A DNA stretch of 16,907 nucleotides from the NCBI GenBank assembly GCA_000388065.2, contig KB932203.1. One strand, written 5' to 3'. Shown piece after piece: positions 7,864 to 16,625 of this stretch. Position numbers and translations under genes: made by a program. The first letter of the stretch is position 1. Each line of letters begins with the position of its first letter. The stretch comes from Fonticula alba ATCC 38817 (taxonomy: Eukaryota; Protista; Nucleariida). Under the pieces are notes generated by a model. The model saw nothing but the letters and a program-made list of their open reading frames with translations. It was not told the DNA's origin and did no database searches.

Positions 7864-10800
7864 TCCAAGGCTGCCAAGCGCCCGGCCCCGGTGACCTACT
7901 CGCCTCGGCTCATGGCCACCGATCACTTCCTGTCCAACACCACCCCGACGCTGGACCGGCTCATCCAGGCCACCGGCCGGTCTTGGCACACGGTGGCCTC
8001 GATGCCGATCCGCCTGCTGGCGCACGGGCTCAAGTACAACTTCCAGCACCTGTCGGAGCTTTTCCTGCCCGGGTGCGGGCTGACCGACTTCTCGGCACAA
8101 CTCCTGGCTCAGGCCATCTCTCACAATCACACGCTCCAGGTGCTGGACCTCCAGGGTGCGCTTTCTTCTTGCCTTGGCCCCATTTCCCTCGCCGCTGGTG
8201 TTGCCGTTGCCGCCCCTCGGAGCGCGACTCACCCCCCTCCCCCCCTCCCCCCTTAGATAACTTCATCACCGCCGACGGGGCGCAATTCATCCTCGGCAGC
8301 GTCAATACCCCGGACTTCCGGATCAACTTCGCCAGTGCGTCGAGCCCTTCCCCTTCACCTCGGGCCTGCCTCCCTTTGCCATGGACTTCCTCTCTCTCTC
8401 TCTCTCTCTCTCCCTCCCTCCCTTTGCCCCCCATACTCCTACAACTAGGCGTGCTAACATTGCTCTGACACTCCCCGTCCACGCCTCCTCCAGACAACCC
8501 CCTGGGATCGGGCGACCTCAGCGGCATGCTCACCAACAGCTTGCTTCCCTCGAAGAACTTTTCATACCTCGGCCTCTGCGGTGCGTCTTCCCCTGCTCCC
8601 CTGTTCCCCTGCTCTCCTGTTCCACCGCCGCCGCCATTCCATGTCGCCCAGCCCCCCCACTCATCCCCACTCGTCCATCCCCCCCCCCCCCTGCCAGGCG
8701 TCGGCCTAGACTCGGTCCACTTCCGTATCCTCGGCTCTTTCCTGATCGAGGACCACAACCTCATCCACCTGGCGATCGACAGTGCGCCCCCCTTCCTCCA
8801 GCGCGCCCTGCATCCTTCCATCCCCTCCCCTCCCCCCCCTCCCGCTGACCCCGCCCCCCTCTTGGACCACAGACAATCAGACATCCCAGGTGGCGGATTA
8901 CTCGCGTGCCAGCGACCCGGAGCTGGAGTCCATGATCTTCGAACTTAGCAAGGCCTTCCCCAATCCCTCGCTCACGCGCATTCTCCGCACGCCGATCGCC
9001 GTCAACACCACCCTCAAGGTTCTGTCGCTGCGGTGTACGTGTCTTTGCCTCTCCTCGTGCGACCAGACGCACCCATTCTCACATCGCCACTGACCCGCCT
9101 GTCGATTCTTCCCCTCCGCTGCCTCGCAGATTGCAATATCGGCGATCTTGGTGCCGCCCTGCTGGCCGACGCGCTCATTGAGAACCGCACCCTCTCGGCC
9201 CTGTTCGTGGCTGGTGTGTGGTCCCCGTGTTGTGTCTTGATATGTTGCGCCTCACCTCGCGTCTGACCCCCTCGCGCTGCCCTCCCCCCCCCCCCCCCCC
9301 CCCCCCTGCCGCCAACAGACGCGTCCATCTCTTCGGTCGGTGCCATCGCCCTCATCTCGGCTGTGCGCCGGGCTCGATCGGCCGGATTGGACATCGCTTC
9401 CTTCCCCCAGGGCGCCTCGCACACGGACATCGTGCATAAGCTGGTCCGCCAGCGCCCGAGCTTCCCCAAGGACCGGACATACTCGCCGCTGGCCCCGACC
9501 CCGGAGCTGGCCTTCTCCATCCTCGAGCGCGTGATGTACTGCTTCTCGCCCTCGGTGTCGGTTCAGTCGAGCCTCCCGACGCTGGATGTCTTCCACATCG
9601 CCTCCACGTCCATGTGCGACTTCCTGGGCGGTGCGGCCATCGCTTATGCTCTCTGCTGGAGCAAGTCCCTGCGCGAGCTGAGTCTGGAGGGTGCGTTCCT
9701 TCCTTGCCACTTATCCACACCTGCGGGCATGTGAGCCACGGCTAACCATTTTGGTGTGCCCCCCCCCCCCCCTCCCCCCTCGCACAGGCAACCAAGGGCT
9801 CACCGATGAGATTGTGCCCCTTTTCCTGTCGGCCATCAACAACTATGCTTCGGCCATCCGCCTGGAGATCATCCTCCTGCGGGGTGCGTGTGACAGAGCG
9901 GTTTCCCCCTTCTTCATTCATGCTACGCTTCCCGCCCCCCATTGCCTGGGACAGAGACACACACACACATGCACTGCGGCTCCCACCTAACCCACCTCCT
10001 CTCCCCCCTCCTCCTCCGCCTCCTTCCTGCATGTGCTTCGACTGTGGTGCCGCGGCCGGCCGGCATGCAGGCACCAGCATCTCGCATGAGGCGCGCAAGC
10101 GCATCCGCCGGGCCCTCGGCCTGACGGGCATCGGCTTCGGGGACAATGTCTATGACTATGAGCCGGCCGTGCCCTATTGCTCGTCGCTGCCGGACGAGGC
10201 ATTCCCAACGGGCAAGACAACGGCCGGGTCGGCGGCCGCTGGCCGGTCGGCCGGTGCGGGAGCCGGCGGCGCGGGAACCGCCTCGCTTGGGGCCCATGCC
10301 GCCACGACCAGCCCCACCGCCGACGGGCAGTCTTACTTCCCCGCCGGGTCGGGGCTCGGGTCCAATGTGTACATCCCGCCGCCGGTGAACTCGGTTGCCT
10401 GGCGTGCCGATCATGAGGATGACACCGAGGCCGGGCGCGAGGATTGGGAGCGCCTGGATGAGGAGGTCAGTCTCGACGAGGCGGCGTGGCTGGAAACGCT
10501 CAAGGGCCGGGCGGTCCTGTCGTTGGCTCTACTGTCGCTGGAGCAGCTGGAGATCACCAAGGATATCTCGCTCTTTGCGCGGGCCATCCACCAAACCCGA
10601 ACCATTCGCACTCTGAGTCTATGTGGTGCGAGCCGGTGGCTTCATTCATCCTCCTCCTCTTTCTCTCTTTCTCTCTTTCGCTCTCCCTCTCTCCCTCTCT
10701 TTCTCTCTCCCTCTCTCCCTCTCTCCCTCTCTTTCTCGCCCCGTACGCCCCTTCCTCACCGCCTCCTGCCGCCCTTGCCCCGGTGACATCCTTCTCCACA

Positions 10801-13781
10801 GAAATGGACGGCAATGATGCCTCCTTCACGGAGTTCTTCCGGGAGTTCACGGCACACTCCAAGGACCTGGATGTGTGGAACATCAAGCACCTGCTTGTCA
10901 GCTGTGCGTGCCTGCCCAGGGGCCCTCCTTCTGTGCCTCCCTGTGTCCTCCTCCGACTGACATGTGGCTCGATTGCTCCCCCTCCCCCCTCCCCCCNNNN
11001 NNNNNNCCTCGTGCCCCCGCCTCTAGGCCCCTATCGCGGGCGCTCACTCAACAAGTATATCCAGCTGGTGAATGAGCTCCTTTCCTCCCCGATCTGCAAG
11101 ATCACCACCCTGTACATTAATGGCGACAACATTGAGGCCCGGCACTTTGAGGCCATCCTGCTGGCCGTCCACGACTCGACCACCCTGGTCACCCTTCAGA
11201 TCTTTAGTACGTACTGACCGCCTGCACCAAGGTCTCTCCCTTTCTCCCTCTCTTTCTTCCCCTTCCCCACGTCCGTTGCGCTCTAACACACCCACACTCG
11301 CGCCTACCTCTCCCTCTCTCTCTCCCCCTCCCCCAAACTGCACAACAGACTGCTCCTTCGGCACGCGCGGCCTCGAGGCCGTGTCCCAACTGCTCAAGTC
11401 CAACCGCAACCTCATCCGCATCGACGGCCTGGGTACGGCATCCCCATCTCCCAGTCCGCCCCCTCCCTTTTTTTTTTTTTTTTTGCAGATCGCCCCTCCG
11501 GTCATCACTCGAACATCCTCCCTCCCCCGACACCCGCACCCTGACAGGCCATGATGCACACAGAGCAATACCCCCTCTCCAACAAGCATGACGAGCTGAT
11601 GACCGAGATCTCGCGACTGGTCTTCCGCAACAAGACCCGTGGGATCCAGGCATACGCCGCTCCGTCAGAGCCAAGCAGCCTGCCGGCCAGCCTGGCCGGG
11701 CTGGACCGTGAGGCCATGAAGTCCTACCAGGCGTACCATGACACGGTGCTGAGCGCGGCGGCCGGGGCGCGAGCGGCGCAAGCCGCCCGTGCCGGGGCCT
11801 CCTTCCTTGTGTCGCCGGTGTCCTCGCCCGGCGGGCCATCGCCTCTGGGGTCCTTGTCCCCGGGGGTGGGCGGCGTGTCGCCCGGCCTCGGGGCCCTGGG
11901 GCCGGACACGACGCTCTTCCGATCTGTCCTACCAGGCGTACCATGACACGGTGCTGAGCGCGGCGGCCGGGGCGCGAGCGGCGCAAGCCGCCCGTGCCGG
12001 GGCCTCCTTCCTTGTGTCGCCGGTGTCCTCGCCCGGCGGGCCATCGCCTCTGGGGTCCTTGTCCCCGGGGGTGGGCGGCGTGTCGCCCGGCCTCGGGGCC
12101 CTGGGGCCGGGACCCCTGGCGACGGGGGCCGGTGGGGTGTCGGCTGGTCCGCGCGATTCCACCGGTCCCGGGTCCGGCGGGGCCGATGGCCGTCGGTCGC
12201 ACCAGGACCCGGACCAGGCGACGGCCGACAGCTTTGCGTCGTACCTCCTGTCCAGTGTGTGTCCGCCCGGGACGGCGGCCGCAGCCGTGGCGGCCGTGTC
12301 CACCGGGGCCGACTCGGCCGCCGGGGACCTGGACCCCGCGCTGCTGAGATCGGAAGAGCGTCGTTCGGTCGCACCAGGACCCGGACCAGGCGACGGCCGA
12401 CAGCTTTGCGTCGTACCTCCTGTCCAGTGTGTGTCCGCCCGGGACGGCGGCCGCAGCCGTGGCGGCCGTGTCCACCGGGGCCGACTCGGCCGCCGGGGAC
12501 CTGGACCCCGCGCTGCTGGCCAATTCCCAACTCCCGGCGGTGCTCTTCACGGAGTCCCCCCGGCCGGACCCGTACTCGGTGGAGCGCCAGCTGGCATGCA
12601 TCACCTTGAGCAACCCGACGGCGGTCACCACGCGCACGGTTCTCCTGCCGCCGCATGTGTTTTGCGTGTTCACCGGGCGGATTTACTCGTCGCCGGTGCT
12701 GGCGGCCGATGGCTTCACCTATGAGAGTGTGGCCATCAACCACTGGATGAAGTCCCCGGCGCGCTTTGTGTCTCCGATGACCGGGGATTTGCTGGACCAC
12801 TTCCAGGTGAACATCGACCTGGAGACCATTCATCTGGTGGCCACTTGGCATGCGGATGCCATCGAGCAGCGGTCTTACGCCATTCCCAGCGAGGACCAAT
12901 TCCTCAATGAGCATTTCTCCCAGCTTCCCCGGCACCGGCCCATTGCCGAGGTGATGGAGAGCATCAACTCCACCTTCCTCAGCAAGCGCGGCGACGGGGC
13001 GGGGTCTGACCCCGGCGGCGAGGGCGACCTGGTGTCGGAGGCTACGGCCTCGGCGGCGCTGCCTGCGGGTTCGGCCGCCGTCCCGGCGGGCCTGCTGCCT
13101 TCTAGCACGGCGGCGGCGGGCGCGGCGGCGGCGGTGGTGGCTGCCACGGCCCCCCCTCCGAAGGAGGTGACCCCCATTCCCCCTCACTGGCAGTTTACGC
13201 CGCTCGGCCTGTCCACCTTCAAGGTGCTGGCCTCCCTGTCGCCGGAGGACTTTGCCCTGGTGCCGCCGAGCATGCTGTCCCTGGGGCCGATGCTTCGGTC
13301 GCAGCCAGCGACCGCGCCCGGCGCGGCTTCCGAGCCGGGGGATCCTGCCTCGGCGGCCCCCTCGGCGGGTGGTCCTCCCCTGGGGGGGACGCCGCAGTCC
13401 TTGCCCCCGTCGGGGGGGCCGGCCTCGCCGCAGCTCCTGCCACCCGGGCATGGGCATTCGTATCATGCTCGGCCGCCGCCGGTGTCGGGCCCCGGTGGCC
13501 CGGTGTCCACGACTTTCTCCTTCGGCAGCCGCCTCAAGCGCCCGAGTGCCCTGGATGTGTACTCGTCGGTGGAGGCGACCGCCGGGGTGGCCCCTTCGGC
13601 AGCGGCCACTGCGGCGGCCGCTGCGGCCGCCGCCGCCGCCGCCGCCGCCGCCGACTCCCAGTACTATGCCAAGCATGTCATGCAGTACACGGCCCACCCG
13701 ACGCGCAGCTTCAACTACACGGTCCCGGGTGCTTCGCCAGACCATGTGCCCGCCGGGGCGCCGATCAGCGCCGCCTTGCTT
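6294..13781 (+). CDS. RI-type (RNI-like) leucine-rich repeat protein with a U-box, putative E3 ubiquitin ligase; at least 1765 aa, 3'-partial
   Basis: Manual model: join(6294..7140,7303..7482,7613..8155,8257..8334,8494..8580,8698..8781,8873..9034,9130..9213,9319..9690,9788..9883,10071..10625,10802..10903,11027..11206,11349..11432,11564..11905,12111..12346,12519..13781). The last two joins excise adapter artefacts rather than introns. All real introns are GT..AG and the frame is open throughout. Repeats include LRTLVIEGDIGDEGAVAL, LSELFLPGCGLTDFSAQLLAQAISHNHTLQVLDLQDNFITADGA and LKVLSLRYCNIGDLGAALLADALIENRTL. A GTGCGT donor at 13782 leads into a gap. The start codon is uncertain because a TAG acceptor-like site at 6290-6292 lies just upstream. 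Confidence 0.85.
11721..12110 (+). repeat. Artefactual tandem duplication, 185 bp x2 (11721-11905 and 11926-12110)
   Basis: The two copies appear identical and are separated only by the adapter. Removing 11906-12110 restores the reading frame. Confidence 0.95.
11906..11925 (+). other. Illumina adapter fragment ACACGACGCTCTTCCGATCT (assembly contamination)
   Basis: Exact 20-nt match to the 3' end of the Illumina universal/read-1 adapter, located exactly between two copies of a 185-bp segment. Confidence 0.97.
12193..12518 (+). repeat. Artefactual tandem duplication, 154 bp x2 (12193-12346 and 12365-12518)
   Basis: The two copies appear identical and are separated only by the adapter. Removing 12347-12518 restores the frame into the U-box exon. 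Confidence 0.95.
12347..12364 (+). other. Illumina adapter read-through AGATCGGAAGAGCGTCGT (assembly contamination)
   Basis: Exact 18-nt match to the reverse complement of the same adapter end, located exactly between two copies of a 154-bp segment. Confidence 0.97.
12648..12848 (+). other. U-box domain coding segment
   Basis: PPHVFCVFTGRIYSSPVLAADGFTYESVAINHWMKSPARFVSPMTGDLLDHFQVNIDLETIHLVATW matches the U-box pattern P..F.CPIT..(I/L)M.DPV...DG.TYER.AI..W......SP.T...L.....PN..L...I..W. Confidence 0.85.
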
Positions 13782-13820
13782 GTGCGTACCTTCGCCTCTC
13801 TCTCTCTCTCTCTCTCTCTC

Positions 13821-14755
13821 NNNNNNNNNNNNNNNNNNNNNNNNNNNNNNNNNNNNNNNNNNNNNNNNNNNNNNNNNNNNNNNNNNNNNNNNNNNNNNNN
13901 NNNNNNNNNNNNNNNNNNNNNNNNNNNNNNNNNNNNNNNNNNNNNNNNNNNNNNNNNNNNNNNNNNNNNNNNNNNNNNNNNNNNNNNNNNNNNNNNNNNN
14001 NNNNNNNNNNNNNNNNNNNNNNNNNNNNNNNNNNNNNNNNNNNNNNNNNNNNNNNNNNNNNNNNNNNNNNNNNNNNNNNNNNNNNNNNNNNNNNNNNNNN
14101 NNNNNNNNNNNNNNNNNNNNNNNNNNNNNNNNNNNNNNNNNNNNNNNNNNNNNNNNNNNNNNNNNNNNNNNNNNNNNNNNNNNNNNNNNNNNNNNNNNNN
14201 NNNNNNNNNNNNNNNNNNNNNNNNNNNNNNNNNNNNNNNNNNNNNNNNNNNNNNNNNNNNNNNNNNNNNNNNNNNNNNNNNNNNNNNNNNNNNNNNNNNN
14301 NNNNNNNNNNNNNNNNNNNNNNNNNNNNNNNNNNNNNNNNNNNNNNNNNNNNNNNNNNNNNNNNNNNNNNNNNNNNNNNNNNNNNNNNNNNNNNNNNNNN
14401 NNNNNNNNNNNNNNNNNNNNNNNNNNNNNNNNNNNNNNNNNNNNNNNNNNNNNNNNNNNNNNNNNNNNNNNNNNNNNNNNNNNNNNNNNNNNNNNNNNNN
14501 NNNNNNNNNNNNNNNNNNNNNNNNNNNNNNNNNNNNNNNNNNNNNNNNNNNNNNNNNNNNNNNNNNNNNNNNNNNNNNNNNNNNNNNNNNNNNNNNNNNN
14601 NNNNNNNNNNNNNNNNNNNNNNNNNNNNNNNNNNNNNNNNNNNNNNNNNNNNNNNNNNNNNNNNNNNNNNNNNNNNNNNNNNNNNNNNNNNNNNNNNNNN
14701 NNNNNNNNNNNNNNNNNNNNNNNNNNNNNNNNNNNNNNNNNNNNNNNNNNNNNNN

Positions 14756-14847
<92 letters not shown>
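13821..14847. other. Assembly gap (N 13821-14755) followed by a 92-nt poly-G run (14756-14847)
   Basis: Seen directly. The gap is preceded by a (CT)n tract. The poly-G run is probably a low-quality contig end. Other gaps are at 1956-2148, 5626-5670, 10997-11006 and 16176-16185. Confidence 0.95.
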
Positions 14848-14848
<1 letters not shown>

Positions 14849-15110
14849 GGCCTCGTGCGGCGCCTTTCTCCGGGAGGAGCGGTAACCTTGTGGCGACGCG
14901 ATCGCCCGGGCCTTTTCCGGGAGGCATCCCGCTGGCGGGGCCATCGCCAAGGATCACTGAGCGTGTCTCTCCCTCCTCGCTGGCCACACAAGACCCTCCC
15001 TTTCTCCCTCCCTCCCTCCCTCCCTCCCTCCCCCTCTTTCTCCTCCCTTTCCCCTCCCCCCTTTGCCTGCATCGGCTTTCCCATCTGGCTTTTTTTTCTT
15101 CCGGCCCCAC

Positions 15111-16101
15111 ATGCTACTTTCCGGGTTGGGCCCACTTCTGCCGCGCGTGGCGGCTTCGCTGCGGCGGACTGTGCCGGCGGCTGTGACGGCGGCCGCCGTC
15201 GTCTGCCGGCCGGCCGGGCCGTTGGCGGCCCAGCGCTGGTATGCTGATCGAGCGGCGGGCTCCCACCAGCTGAAGGAGGCCGCGCAAAAGCCCCGCCGGC
15301 AGCGGTCCCCCAAGCCGTCGGGCGATCTGAAGAACCTTGTGAAGCCCGATCGGCAGAACCCCTCGCCGCGGCTGGGAAACACCGCCACTGTGGACTTTCT
15401 GAAGAGGCTAGATCGCGAATTTTCCGGCTTCTCCATGCCTCAGCCGGCCGAGCCGCCCGGGCCCAAGGTCTTGGTGCTGGCCGGGCCGACTGGCATCGGC
15501 AAGTCCCAAATGGCCCTGGATCTGGTGAAGTTCGGCCACATCCCCAACGGCGAAATCGTGTCGGCCGATGTCTTCCAGGCCTACAGCGGCCTGCACATTG
15601 GCACATCCACCCCGCCGCCGGAGTTCTTCGAGCAGGTCCCGCACCACTTGTTCGGCTTCGTCGACCCGAACGAGACCATGAACAGCTCGGACTACTACCA
15701 GCGGACATTGCAAACGATCGAGGTGCGTGTTCTTGTCTCTTCCCTTCTTGGTGTTGGGGCTTGTTGCCTGTTGTCTGTTTCCGTGTGTGTGTGTGTGTGT
15801 GTGTGTTTTTGCATGTATCTGTGTGCATGTGTGTCTGTCTGGCCGAGTGACCATCGCCTGCCCAGCCCACTGGTGGGTATCCGCCGCTTGCTAACGTCTC
15901 TGCCCTCGCGTTCCCCTTCCCTTGCGGTGTCGTGCAATAGGATATCGTCGCGCGCGGTGGCACGCCGATCATCGTCGGCGGGGCTGGCTTCTACCTGCAG
16001 AACATCCTACTCGGTGGGCTGTCTGGTGTGCCGCGCTCCGATCCGGAGACTCGCGCCAAGGTGGCCCAGATGCTGGAGGCCGATAGCAACTGGTCCAAAT
16101 C
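15111..16101 (+). CDS. miaA: tRNA dimethylallyltransferase / isopentenyltransferase (MiaA/IPT family), exons 1-2, with predicted mitochondrial presequence; 3'-partial
   Basis: join(15111..15722,15941..16101), GT..AG intron, next donor GTGCGT at 16102. Translation: KVLVLAGPTGIGKS (P-loop-like), GEIVSAD..Q.Y.GL.IGT, VPHHLFGFVDP, DIVARGGTPIIVGGAGFYL. The C-terminal half (NDxxRxxRALE region) was not found in the window. Confidence 0.9.
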
Positions 16102-16154
16102 GTGCGTCATCCCTGGCTTGGCTCCTTTTCCTTCCTCCTCTCGCCTCTGACAGT

Positions 16155-16185
16155 CTCTCTCTCTCTCTCTCTCTCNNNNNNNNNN

Positions 16186-16222
<37 letters not shown>
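16155..16222. repeat. (CT)n microsatellite interrupted by a 10-N gap
   Basis: CT runs on both sides of N16176-16185. Confidence 0.9.
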
Positions 16223-16224
<2 letters not shown>

Positions 16225-16384
16225 TTTCTCTTTTACCTCTTCTTTCCCTCCGTTTGTGTCTCGCTGGCGACAGAGGATAAGAGCCATAATCTTCCGACTT
16301 GCTGCGTTCTGACCCTCCCCCCGCCCCTCCCTGTGCCCTCGGCCGGCCCCTCTCCTGTTTCTTTGGTGTACGCGCATCGATCAG

Positions 16385-16506
16385 ACCGGTCCCGGAAAAC
16401 CCCAGCCGGCGGCTTCCCAGAGCCGGCGGCGTACGTCACGGCCCCGGCCAAGCGGCCGCCGCGGCTGACCGAAGGGCCCCCCTCTCCCGTCCCCCAACCA
16501 ATATAG
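16385..16506 (+). CDS. Putative terminal coding exon (DRSRKTPAGGFPEPAAYVTAPAKRPPRLTEGPPSPVPQPI*), probably of the IPT gene
   Basis: CTGAC branch-like motif near 16309, pyrimidine tract, CAG acceptor at 16382-16384, G/C-ending codons and a TAG stop at 16504-16506. This frame needs a phase-1 upstream intron and so does not join directly to exon 2, which ends in phase 2. Confidence 0.35.
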
Positions 16507-16625
16507 ATCCTTGTCCCTCCTTTCCCCCCCCCCCCCTCCTCTGGTCCTGTCTTTCGCTGATGCCGCATTTTGTGGGGGGGATCTTTCCTGTTCCGGAGCC
16601 TACACTGGCTGTGGTCGTGCCGTGG

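Noticed and set aside
11542-11544. In-frame TGA as selenocysteine or readthrough
   Set aside because: A phase-compatible acceptor ending at 11563 places the TGA inside the intron, where it forms part of the CTGAC branch-like motif.
11721-12518. Repeat-spacer-repeat pattern as a CRISPR-like array, a real tandem duplication or a programmed frameshift
   Set aside because: The spacers are exact Illumina adapter sequences, and removing them restores a single frame.
14756-14847. 92-nt poly-G as a poly-Gly/poly-Pro coding tract or a G-quadruplex element
   Set aside because: It abuts a large gap and is most simply a contig-end or base-calling artefact. Its real length is unknown.
11204-15972. Very long ORFs in the supplied track (1128, 818, 735, 644, 489 and 411 aa)
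   Set aside because: They run through N gaps, poly-G or duplicated sequence, or are GC-rich antisense frames. Only the plus-frame U-box part of the 818-aa ORF, up to 13781, is supported.
16385-16430. 46-nt exon spliced directly to IPT exon 2 (SPVPENPSRRLPRAGG)
   Set aside because: It is phase-compatible and followed by GTACGT, but the product does not resemble the conserved IPT continuation and the next exon would read through a pyrimidine tract.
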